DNA from: Opitutales bacterium
GTDB lineage: Bacteria; Verrucomicrobiota; Verrucomicrobiia; Opitutales; PNEW01
NCBI GenBank assembly: GCA_965197745.1
Contig: CBDANS010000005.1
Coordinates: forward strand, 32,001 to 96,000
Reading direction: 5' to 3'
DNA length: 64,000 bases
The notes under the pieces were generated by a model, which was not told where the DNA came from, made no database searches, and saw nothing but the letters and a program-made list of their open reading frames with translations. A program made the translations under genes and the position numbers. How positions within the stretch are numbered: position 1 is the first letter of the stretch; every line of letters begins with the position of its first letter. Positions 18,843 to 28,889 of the stretch are shown here, one piece after another.

Positions 18843-19951
18843 CAGGCTACAAGTGAAGCACGGTTTAAGGATAGTTTGTCCAATGCTTCTGCTTTGGGTT
18901 CAGTGCCGATACCCGGATTCATGGTGGCTTGAAATTGAGAAGGAGCGGAATGCACCATTTCCGGTTCACCTAAATCGTCATGATAAAATCGGTCAGTAGG
19001 AAATATATCCGATGGATATTTCATGTTAGGCAGTGTCGCGAGAGCGACGCAATGGGCAGCGCCTACTGCCGACTCGAGCATACCGCCTATCCAGCAGGGA
19101 ATGTCAGCATCCAGACAAATTTTATTAATTGCTACAGCATTAGTAATTCCACCCACTCTACCGGGTTTTATATTAATCCATTGGCAAGCTCCACATTCAA
19201 TAGCCTGTCGCGCACTATTTGTTGAAACAATACTTTCGTCCAGACAGACTGGAGTTTTAATTTCTGCCTGCAGCTTGGCATGATCGAGCAAGTCGTCATG
19301 CATGAGCGGTTGTTCGATCATCGCGAGATTATAGTGATCCAGTTCTTTAAAGATATCGAGATCATCTAATGTATAGGCGCTGTTGCAATCGACATGAATG
19401 ATGGTATCGGGAAATTCTTTACGCACCGCTTCAATCATCCAGAGATCCCACCCGGGGCGAAATTTCAATTTCACGCGTTTGTATCCATGTCCCTGAGCAG
19501 AATGCATTTCCTGAAACAATTCATCGATCGTCTCCATGACACCTAAATCAGCCCCGGCCTCAATGGTCGCGTTCTTCCCGCCAATCATTTGCCAAAGAGG
19601 GATCCCTTGCATTTTCGCGTGCAAATCCCACCAGGCGAGATCAAATCCAGCTTTAGCAAAGTAATTTCCCTTTAATCCTGATAAATGGTGCTGAAGGTCG
19701 TCACCGGATTCTATCTCTTTTCCCAATAATAAGGGGGCCATGATATCACGGGAAATTAGAAATTGAGCGCTACAGCACTCAGGGGAATAAGCAGGTAATT
19801 TCCAGGGAGAGGATTCCCCCCAACCATAATGCTCCCCGGATGAAAGCCGGACAAAAACGGAATCGATGGTGTCGTTATTCCCAAAGGCTGTCCTGAAGGG
19901 GTAGATCAGAGGCATGGCGACATGCGCCATTTCAATCGCATCAATTTTCAT
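18842..19951 (-). CDS. menC: o-succinylbenzoate synthase / N-acylamino acid racemase (enolase superfamily)
   Basis: KLK, VDCNSAY, MIEQPL, CLDESI, NIKPGRVGG and WIGGMLE motifs; start MKIDAIE at 19951. Confidence 0.8.
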   Translation of the reverse strand: MKIDAIEMAHVAMPLIYPFRTAFGNNDTIDSVFVRLSSGEHYGWGESSPWKLPAYSPECCSAQFLISRDIMAPLLLGKEIESGDDLQHHLSGLKGNYFAKAGFDLAWWDLHAKMQGIPLWQMIGGKNATIEAGADLGVMETIDELFQEMHSAQGHGYKRVKLKFRPGWDLWMIEAVRKEFPDTIIHVDCNSAYTLDDLDIFKELDHYNLAMIEQPLMHDDLLDHAKLQAEIKTPVCLDESIVSTNSARQAIECGACQWINIKPGRVGGITNAVAINKICLDADIPCWIGGMLESAVGAAHCVALATLPNMKYPSDIFPTDRFYHDDLGEPEMVHSAPSQFQATMNPGIGTEPKAEALDKLSLNRASLVA

Positions 19952-20005
19952 AGCGCAAAAATCTGGAGGCAGTGAAACAAAGAAATTTTCAAGCAATGGG
20001 CAGGA

Positions 20006-21162
20006 TCAGGGAACGTCAGCCATGGCTTCAAGTTTCGCAAGAAGATCTTTCGCTTTCCTGCGTTTAGCCGGATCATATCCCATTTTTTCCAATAATATTG
20101 AAAGTCCTTAGTTGGCCAATCAGCATAGATATCCTCCCATTCAGCTAATCCCCCATGAGGGACCAGGGTTTTGGGCGAAATGGGATCGCTGACTTTTTGG
20201 TATCTGCCATCATTATCGCGTGCGATGATTCGTTGCAATGTGGAGACTGCTTGTGGATCACCATTTTCAGCCATCTCAAAAGCCATTACATCACGTTTAT
20301 GATGATAGCTATAGTCGTATTCCTTGATTTTCATATCCCATTTTTTCCAATAATATTGAAAGTCCTTAGTTGGCCAATCAGCATAGATATCCTCCCATTC
20401 AGCTAATCCCCCATGAGGGACCAGGGTTTTGGGCGAAATGGGATCGCTGACTTTTTGGTATCTGCCATCTAATGACAAGCGCAATTGGTCCGATTGGTTC
20501 GGCAAACCTTTATGCACGACCATACTGTGAAATATAAGGAGATCCGACTGTTTGAATGGGTTACTTACCCATGTGCCTTCGAGGGGATCAATTACCTCCA
20601 TTCCACCCGCGCCGAGCGAAGGGCGATGTTCATAAACTCCATGACGATGAGAACCCGACGCAATCTGAAGCCCACCCATTTTTTCCGGGATGTCAGACAA
20701 AGGTATCCACGCGGTATAAGTATCGGGACTGCCTTGAATGGGAATGAAATCCTGGTGCGCTGGTGTCGTAAAGGCATTCCGTTGAGGAAAGATCGTTCGG
20801 CCGATTACACTCGGGTGTAAGAAAACGGTGTCGTCTAAGAGTCTTTCAAATAAAGCGATTAATTCGGGACAGTGATAGATTGCTTGAAACTCCTGAAGTT
20901 TATACATTTGAAGATAAACTTCATTATACTTAGTTTCCGGCTCGACACAAAATCCATTGAGGTCGGCAATGGCCTGATCCAGTGGCGCGTCTTTTTTAAC
21001 CCACCCCGCATGGCGCGCAATTTCCAACAGTTTTAGTCTCAGGCTTTCGAGCTTGTTTGTAGGCATCAATCCGCGAATAAATAAATAACCGTCGCGCTCC
21101 ATGCGATTGCGCAGCTCAAGTCCATTATCAGCTACATCTGTAGAATCAAGAAATGGGTTCAT
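20006..21162 (-). pseudogene. PhyH-family Fe/2OG dioxygenase with a frameshifting duplicated insert near the C-terminus
   Basis: AHQD and VHKG motifs. Removing the 137-nt insert restores IIARDNDPAKRRKAKDLLAKLEAMADVP* with the stop at 20006. Confidence 0.8.
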
Positions 21163-21263
21163 ATAGTATCGGATTTAGAGGTGATAGAGAAAATGTTCGC
21201 AGGACTGAATACTGTATCAATAATTCATGCTATGGTTCAAGTAAAGAAGCAAACATGCCGCTT

Positions 21264-23965
21264 TTAAGTGGATGATCCGAGCAGCCCTCTTGTCATTTGA
21301 AAATCGGTATTCCCATGCGAAAATAAAGTTGGAGTGAATTCTCTCGAGGCAACAGCAATGATAAGGTTCAGCAGAGCCTCCGCATTGCGCGTATGATTAT
21401 TATCGAATGTTAAATGGACATCTTCTGCAAACTGAGCATGAATTTCCTTTTTATCAGTAACTTGAATCACGGGAATCATGGGGTGCCCTTGCATAGGATG
21501 TTCTCCGATGCAAGCGACAATAATTTCAACACCGGTGCCACCCAAACCGGTTAAAGATTCCACCCAGTGATTCGTCGGGCATTCGAGAAGGTGAAAACCC
21601 GGGTTCTCAACTTTTTGCCCATAGGCGAGGGAAGGATTCAGCGGTTGATCGCTCAGAATCATTTCACGAAACGTATCATTTTTAATGAATGCAGCATTTT
21701 CAGGTACGACTACTGTGGATCCTGCTCCGACGAGATTTTGAATTAAATTGGCGACGCCCATTGCGGAATTTTCAGATACGGGACCCGAACTGAGAAATCC
21801 TATGCTCAATGCGTCCAGTCCGACCTGCTCATAAGCGAGTGAATTGTCAGATGATATTTTCGAGGTAAACCAGTCCTCCACTTTCTTTAATACATTTTCC
21901 ATACCGCCATCTAGTTGAATACTGGCCCAACCAAAATTATCACTGTCGAGATTGCGTTGATGGAGTGAGTGACGCATAAAATCGTTATGTGTTTTCTCGC
22001 ATCCATGTTCGAGTAAAAGTCCGAATTTAACGAAAGGGTGGGTGAGATAGCCAATCAGTGTTCTTTTGTAGAGGTTAATCGCAGATTCACCACCTAAACC
22101 ACAACCCTCGGTGTGGACGAGCGAGACAAATCGCGATAATCCTTTGTCGAAGCCAAACTGTTTTTTTGTTAACTGCACAGCGGCAATTTTGGCAATTTGC
22201 CCGGCGCAAAGACTGGTGGGGAGAATAAGACCAATATTATCGATGGTAAATCCATCTCCAGAGCGAATGCCGTTAAAATATGAGGGTGCCATTTTATCAT
22301 TTGTCCTGATGGGAATCGGCTTACCATCGGGTGAAGGACGATGAAGCAGTTGATCAAGATTACTTCCGTCCACTTGTTGCCAGTTTCTCCAGAAAGAAAC
22401 CTGGGAGTGTCCGGCTAATTCCCCTTTACTCAATCTTCCCGAGGCAATCTCCACGGTATAATTCAACATTTGACGTCCCAGTTCATCCATTGAGCTACCG
22501 TCCAGATAAGCTCCGGCATTTACATCCATTTCGTGTGACAAAAGTTCATAACGTTTGGTCGTGGTAATGATTTTTATGGTTGGGACAAATGGAAAATTAG
22601 TAATCGAACCATTGCCGGTGACGAAAAATATCATGTTGCAGCCCGAGGCGACTTGACCTGCGACACTTTCGAGATCATTGCCCGGGCTGTTCATAAAGTA
22701 ATAACCCGGAGCGTTCATCCTCTCACTGTAGTCTATAACTTCATCTAAACGGACATCCGGATGCAGTTTATTAGCGGCACCGATAGATTTTAGGTAAATA
22801 TTATAGAGCCCTCTCAACTTATTGCCTCCGGTGGTATTATCCTCTACCGAATTCCCGTGCCAGGAAGAGAATTCTTTGTATTTCTCAAGCATTTCAAGAA
22901 AACGTCGCGCGATTACCATGTCCTTTACATTTTTCAGGACATAGGATTCTGCTCCGATCAATTCCGGTGTTTCCGCCAGTTGAGCTGATCCTCCATATTG
23001 AATGATTTCACGCGCGACCCAGGCGGCGAGGGGGTTACCGGAGATTCCTGAAAAGGCGTCCGACCCTCCGCACTGAAGAGCAATTTTTAAATGTTCTGCC
23101 GATTCCTCGGTACGGGTAGTATCATTTACCTGGGGTAACCATGCCCGGATTATCGCTTCACCATTATCCAGGTTTTTCTGGAAGCTTCCCTTAATCGTTA
23201 AAAATTCATGGGCACTTCATGGAAAGGATAATTTTCTGATACCATATACTTTTCAAGCATCTGATTAGTGAGTGATTCAGTGCCGTAGTCGACAGCAAGG
23301 ACAGCGCCGACATTAGGGTGGACAATGAGACCCGCCAGGGTACGCAATAGAAGGTCGAGATTATTAGGGCGTGAAGGGGTGCCCCCTTCGGTGTGAGCGA
23401 CAGCGACTATCCTATCGATATTCTTAAACTTATCGGATAAACCATGCAAACGGTCAGCTAACTGTCGGGCATAGCTCGCAGAACGTGATGTCGTTCCCAG
23501 GATTACAATGTTGTTTCTTGTGCCTACACCTCTAGCATGAGATCGTCGGTAACCATGGAAAGTGAGTGATTGAGTGTGACGACTTATCTGAATGCCAGGT
23601 TTAAATTGGCTTTCGCTAAGAACGTAAGGAGCATCTTCATCCTTAAAATTGGGTTTCTCAGGAAGTTTTATACCGAGGTTTCTTATTTCAAGTTCTACAA
23701 GGATCTTTGCGTTACACACGTAATCGCCGGGGGCAAGATCCCTGGCCGCAATTCCAAAAGAGAGACCCCATGAAAGTAATGGCTCTCCCACGGCAATCTT
23801 TTCTACCGCAAAACGATGGCCGAGAAGAACAGAATATTCGAGGGAAAACGACTCACCCTTATGGGTAATTATGGATCCAGCTTCCAGATTTCTGGTAGCA
23901 ATCGCTACATTGTCTCCCGGCGATGGAAGCCGGGCTATTTTATGGAATTCAATTGATTGAGACAT
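21264..23965 (-). pseudogene. UxaA/GarD-like altronate/galactarate dehydratase (SAF plus duplicated dehydratase region), frameshifted near 23211
   Basis: DNVAIA SAF domain; GVGTRN; HTEG twice. LQCGGSDAFSGISGNP and AETPELIGAE are read in the shifted frame at 22950-23210. Confidence 0.85.
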
Positions 23966-24087
23966 GGGGAAGAAGAAATAATTAATCTATTTATTTAATA
24001 TATCCAATAGTGATCAATATAAGAAGCGATGTTTTTCCTGAATTGACGCATCAGAAAGTATGCGGCATAAATACCGTCCCATATTAT

Positions 24088-24164
24088 GGGGGATTAGCTC
24101 AGTTGGTTAGAGCGCTTGCTTCACACGCAAGAAGTCGGCAGTTCGAGTCTGCCATCTCCCACCA
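24088..24164 (+). tRNA. tRNA-Val(CAC)
   Basis: GGGGGAT/ATCTCCC acceptor stem; D arm; CTTGC-TTCACAC-GCAAG anticodon arm; GGCAG-TTCGAGT-CTGCC T arm; encoded CCA. Confidence 0.97.
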
Positions 24165-24300
24165 GCCTTCGCCCCGTGGGCTACGGCTGGCAGGCCAGCT
24201 ATCAGTAATCGAGACTCAATAGAGCTTCAAACGTTCTATTGCCTGGGCGAAGGCTGCGCGCTGTAGTCCCGCGACTGCGGGACGGAGGCGGGCATTTCGT
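24165..24300 (+). repeat. tRNA-linked palindromic repeat R2
   Basis: Starts at the base after CCA; same architecture as R1. Confidence 0.9.
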
Positions 24301-24352
24301 GTAAAAATGGAGGGAAAATTTCATCTATGTTAGTTTTCAATATTCATCAACG

Positions 24353-24483
24353 CGCCCGTTGGGCTACGGCTGGCAAGCCAGCAATCAGCAGACGAACTCC
24401 ATTAAATATTCGATCGCTCCATTGCCTGGGCGAAGGCTGCGCGCTGTAGTCCCGTGACTGCGGGACGGAGGCGGGCATTTCGT
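24353..24483 (+). repeat. tRNA-linked palindromic repeat R3
   Basis: Tandem copy of R2 with an eroded left end. Confidence 0.9.
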
Positions 24484-24610
24484 TTACATCGTAGCTTTAA
24501 TTTATCGAATTAATGCCGATCGTACAATTAGATCTGATTGGCGTCATAAATGATCTAGGATATAACTTTAAAGGATTTAATTTTCTATCGCTTATACGAA
24601 AACGAGATAT

Positions 24611-24859
24611 TTGTCTGTGACTTACATCTACATAATCGAAAGCATATATAATCGAAAACAGCATTATGTTGGTCTTACTGATGACTTAAAATCCCGTTTA
24701 CGCGATCATAATTCGGGTAAGTCGTCACACACCGCACGATTCAAACCATGGCACCTAGTTTGCTACTTCGCGTTTGCGGAAGAAAAGACAGCAAGAGTCT
24801 TTGAAAAGTATTTAAAATCCGGATCCGGTAAGTCGTTCTTGAAACGTCATTTCATTTAA
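24611..24859 (+). CDS. Small stand-alone GIY-YIG endonuclease
   Basis: YIYII...HYVGLTDDLKSRLRDHNSG...PW.LV.Y..F...A..FEKYLKSGSG; the GIY-YIG Tyr, Arg, His and Glu residues are present. Confidence 0.92.
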   Translation: MSVTYIYIIESIYNRKQHYVGLTDDLKSRLRDHNSGKSSHTARFKPWHLVCYFAFAEEKTARVFEKYLKSGSGKSFLKRHFI

Positions 24860-24952
24860 CTTCGCCCCCCGCGGTGGCGGGACTGGCAGGCCAGCAAACA
24901 GCAATCGAATCGCCATAGAACTTCAGGCACTCTATTGCCTGGGCGAAGGCTG
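24860..24952 (+). repeat. Palindromic repeat R4, starting right after the GIY-YIG stop codon
   Basis: CTTCGCCCCCCGCGGTGGCGGGACTGGCAGGCCAGC-N38-ATTGCCTGGGCGAAGGCTG; lacks the distal GTAG hairpin. Confidence 0.9.
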
Positions 24953-25003
24953 GCAGGTCGGCTATCTAACTAGCTATTCTAAATTCCCCGAAGGTGAGGC
25001 AAC

Positions 25004-25886
25004 TTAAAGTTTTTCCGGCGGTTCTTCAATATCTTCTTCGGGATTGGCACTTGGCACAGACACTCCCTTGGATTCCAGTTCGGCCGCGAGTTGCTCTAAT
25101 TCTGTCTCTCTTTCCTGCAGGCCTTGCGCCTTATCGAACAGCGTGTTTTCACTCGCTTCGAGAAAATCTTCCCGCTCCTTTACCATCGCTTCCATTTCCT
25201 GCATCGACTGTTCCCGGGCATCCAATTCCTCTTTTAACTTTAACAATTCGGGTTCTATATCCTTCGACATCTGTATATCGCTTGAAGCCCCTTCCTCACT
25301 TTGTTGACCTTCTTTTGCTTTCTCTAATTCGTCTCTGAGCTATTCCAGTTCAGTTTCTTTTTCCTGCAAACTCTGTGATTTATCCAGCAAAGTGTTTTCA
25401 CTTGTTTCCAAAAATTCCTCTTTTTCCTTTAAAGCATTTTCGCGCTCATCAAATTCAGCCTGAAGCTGCTGCAATGCCTTTTCCGTTCCCTCTTCCATTT
25501 TCCCTTCTTCCTGCATGCTGCTTTGTTGTGATCCAAGGAGCTTTTCTCGTGCCGTTAAAAGGGCCTGGGATTCTCGTAAATTCATCTCGCGGGCCAAGAG
25601 CAAAGCTTCATTCTCTTTCAATGTTCTTTCGCCATCTTCGAGGGCTGCTTGAGATTCCTGTAATGACCGCTCACGTTCATCCAAATGGACTTCTTTTTCC
25701 TGTAAAGATTTCTCCCGTTCGTCTATTTCAGTACGGAATTTTTCTTCATGACTCTCTTTGGATTGCTTTGTTCTGGAGAGGATGGAATCTATGCTCATTC
25801 CCCCCTGACTCTGAACAGCTCCGGGACTTCCCGCTTCTCCGGGACTTACCGCTTCTCCGGGACGTCTGAGGCTCAATTGAGGGTAT
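25004..25886 (-). pseudogene. Glu/Lys-rich coiled-coil protein, 5'-truncated by the IS and with an in-frame TAG at 25340
   Basis: ORFs 25340-25912 and 25004-25270 share a frame. The internal repeat FLE.SENTL.DK.Q.LQE.ETELE(Q)L shows Gln at the TAG position. Confidence 0.75.
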
Positions 25887-27236
25887 TGATTGGACCCCGT
25901 TTTTCGTACCAATTATTAAGTGAGAGAGTTCCCGGGTATTAATGGTTTTAGGATTGATGTATATGAGAGATCTTGGCGAAGTGAGGGCGTAGCCCGAACG
26001 CGGCCAAGATCTGAAAGGAATGTGACAAACTCTTGTGGGCTTTTAAAGCCTAAACGACTGTGGGGATGATCATGGTTATAGGTCTGGCGCCATTGTTCGA
26101 TTACAACTTGTGCTTCAGCCACGCTGAGCAACACTTCACGGTTCAAACACTCATCGCGTAAGCGGTTGTGAAACGACTCGATGAAACCGTTTTGCCAGGG
26201 ACTGCCCGGATCGATATATATCGCCTTGATCTTTTTGTCGGACAACGACTGCTGCACTTGATGAGCAATGAATGGCTTCGCATGTCGTCGCTTCGCTCCT
26301 CGGAACACTGCCGTTGTCACTACGGATATAGCTGGGAGCTCCCTCCTTTTCAATGGCCTCGCTAAGCACAGAGAGGACATCCGATGAGGGGAGTTCACGA
26401 GCGACCCGGATATCCAGACATTCACGCGTATATGTCTTCGCTTCGCTTGAGTGTCGTCGCTTTCAGCTCCTCGGTACATCGATCAGAGTCATCATCTTTA
26501 ATGGACCGCCATGGTCTGTGCGATCATGGACAAAGTCCCAGGACCAAAGGTGATTGCGACCGGTTGCTTTAGTAGGCGACCCCGTAGAGACCCCTTGACG
26601 GTGTCTACGCTTTTTAGGTGGCTTTACCTGCAACCCTTCTGAACGTCGTACCGCCTGAACAAACTTCCTGTTTGTTGTCCAGCCTTCCTTTACGAGCAAG
26701 GCACGGATGCGCCGGTAACCGTAGCAGGGATGTTCCCAGGACAGGGTTATAATCCGCTCGGCCAACCGCTGAGCTTTCTTACTGGCCTGCTTGGGCTGGT
26801 AGCTGAAAGTTGACCAACTGAGGCTGAGGTAGGAACAAGCCCTTCGCAACGAGCACAGCCCTCTCTCAGCCGCATCTTTTACTACTCGCTTCTTCTGCTT
26901 GGGGCTCACCACTTTTTTGACAGCGTTTCCTCCATTACCTGATTCTTAAGCATTTGATCAGCGAGCATCTTCTTCAACTCGGTGTTTTCTTTTTCCAGCT
27001 CTTTAAATCGCTTCGCATCGGCTAGTTCCAAATTGCCATACTTTTTACCCCAGCGATAGAAGGTCTGTTCACTCACGTTGTTGCCTCGGCAGATTTCCTC
27101 TACCGTTTTTCCGGTATCGGCTTGCCGCAGTATTGCGATGATCTGTTCTGTTGTGTATCTTTTTCTTTTCATGAGGTTATCTGTTTATCCCGATAACCTC
27201 TCTCTGTTAATGATACCATTTTTGGGGGTCACTCCA
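25887..27236 (-). mobile_element. IS3-family insertion sequence, inactivated
   Basis: Imperfect terminal IRs TGATTGGACCCC.../TGGAGTGACCCC... orfA 26906-27172 (HTH_Tnp_1-like). A6G slippery site at 26912-26918. orfB has WSWDF, RSDNG and PWQNGFIESF but is broken by two small inserts. Confidence 0.92.
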
Positions 27237-27329
27237 GGGGTGATCCTGTTAAAAGGACTTGCGCAAATCGTTTGCCAGCGTGTTCGTGAAGCAAATTCAA
27301 CCCTTTCAGAATTTCTGGAACCCATTTAA
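27237..27329 (+). pseudogene. C-terminal remnant of a paralog of the adjacent cNMP-binding protein
   Basis: GVILLKGLAQIVCQRVREANSTLSEFLEPI* versus GLVMLKKISKFLCRHVREANASLADFLEPI*; it starts exactly at the IS end. Confidence 0.8.
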
Positions 27330-27462
27330 TCCTTTGTCGGTTACGGGATATTGTTAAGTTCTCATAGCATTGCCCGAATTTATCCTTATTCTTAATTCAG
27401 GGAGCTGCTATTAAGAGAGAGAATTTAATTGAACCCATTCTAAATTTTAATAGTATATAATC

Positions 27463-27927
27463 ATGTCTGATAAATTTTTAATTGATCGATTATCCAATGT
27501 CTCTTTTTTCTCAGAATTGAATAAAGAACAACTGGCTGTTGTCTCTGAGCATGTTGAGCTGATTAATCTCGCACCGGAAACCACGGTTTTTTCAGAGGGA
27601 GACATTGGCGATTCTCTATACTATATTATCAAAGGGTCGCTGGGCGTGGTAAAAGATTCTGATTGGGGTGAAGATGTAAAACTGGCCACTTTGTCTGAAG
27701 GTTATTCTTTCGGGGAAATGTCCCTTATCGACGATTTTCCACGCTCTGCCAGTGTTGTATCACAAACTGATGCGATTATTATAAAGTTAAAAAAGACTGA
27801 TTTTGATTATATCGTTGATAAGCATCTGGAGATTGGGTTGGTGATGCTAAAGAAAATATCCAAATTTCTTTGTCGTCATGTTCGAGAAGCCAATGCGTCT
27901 CTTGCCGATTTTCTGGAACCGATTTGA
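27463..27927 (+). CDS. Cyclic-nucleotide-binding domain protein
   Basis: VFSEGDIGDSLYYIIKG and FGEMSLIDDFPRSASV phosphate-binding cassette. Confidence 0.92.
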   Translation: MSDKFLIDRLSNVSFFSELNKEQLAVVSEHVELINLAPETTVFSEGDIGDSLYYIIKGSLGVVKDSDWGEDVKLATLSEGYSFGEMSLIDDFPRSASVVSQTDAIIIKLKKTDFDYIVDKHLEIGLVMLKKISKFLCRHVREANASLADFLEPI

Positions 27928-28009
27928 CTGAATTCTCTAAATAGAATTCAGGGTTCCAGCAGTCGATAGTTTCAATAATACCGGCGAAAACCGGAATTTT
28001 GAAATCAAT

Positions 28010-28876
28010 TTAACCGGTGATGCCAAATTCGCGCATCCGTTCTATCCAACTGGCACGGAGTTGTCTGTTTCCACTATTTAAAAACCATTCATTTCGATAA
28101 CCGGGCTTGGCATTTTTATCATCAGTGCGGTCTTTCATCATCTCTTGAGACCATTTAACCTGGCCTCGAATTTGCTCAATATGATCGGAGGATTTGGGGT
28201 AGTCATAATATACAACCTCCAGCATAGTCCGGCCCGCTTTCCCTCCACGGCTGGCATGCCAACAGCTGAGATTAAAAAGAACAACATCACCCGGTTCGCT
28301 TTCACATGCATGGCCCGGGAAATTTTCGATGTTATCGGGATTACTGATACCTGGCATTTTCTTCAGGTCTCCATAGTAAGGCTGCTTGTGGCTACGGGGA
28401 ATAATACGCAGCGCGCCGGAATCAGCGGTAAGGGTATCGGTATAGATCCCAAATTTGCTACCGAAACGGTGATTAGGATAAGGGTTAATGGGGGGCTGAT
28501 CGGGATGCCAGCGCGTATCTCCGACAAATAAACTGGCATGACATTGATGGCCAATGAGCTCCTCACCATAAAGCTGTTTTGCCATTCCGTAAAATCGTTC
28601 GTCTTCTGAAAGGTTAAAAAGAAAGGGGGAATAGGAATTGGAAAGTTGAATCGTCTGCAGATGTTCACTTGAAGGAAGTGATGGATCAAATTGGAGCTCT
28701 GAAAAAGTAACTTCCTTTGCCTTTTCAAGTTCCTCGTTGAGGGTCTTAAACTCATCTTCAGAGAATAGTTGTTTGAGAACAACAAATCCAAATAAATCAA
28801 GAAACTGAATTTCGTCACTGTTCAGGGATGCGCGTGGGCCCGTCTGCGGGGTGGGAAATATCGTTGGTTGTATCAT
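28010..28876 (-). CDS. PhyH-family Fe/2OG dioxygenase
   Basis: WHPD, GALRIIPRSH, PGDVVLF and WHAS motifs. Confidence 0.88.
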   Translation of the reverse strand: MIQPTIFPTPQTGPRASLNSDEIQFLDLFGFVVLKQLFSEDEFKTLNEELEKAKEVTFSELQFDPSLPSSEHLQTIQLSNSYSPFLFNLSEDERFYGMAKQLYGEELIGHQCHASLFVGDTRWHPDQPPINPYPNHRFGSKFGIYTDTLTADSGALRIIPRSHKQPYYGDLKKMPGISNPDNIENFPGHACESEPGDVVLFNLSCWHASRGGKAGRTMLEVVYYDYPKSSDHIEQIRGQVKWSQEMMKDRTDDKNAKPGYRNEWFLNSGNRQLRASWIERMREFGITG

Positions 28877-28889
28877 TAATTAATATCCT

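Noticed and set aside
19948..20211. Genuine C-terminal repeat domain in the 404-aa PhyH ORF
   Set aside because: It is produced by the exact 139-bp duplication; the read-through tail overlaps the next gene.
24165..24952. CRISPR array or integron attC array
   Set aside because: The cores are homologous to each other rather than unique spacers. There are no cas or intI genes and no RYYYAAC/GTTRRRY ends.
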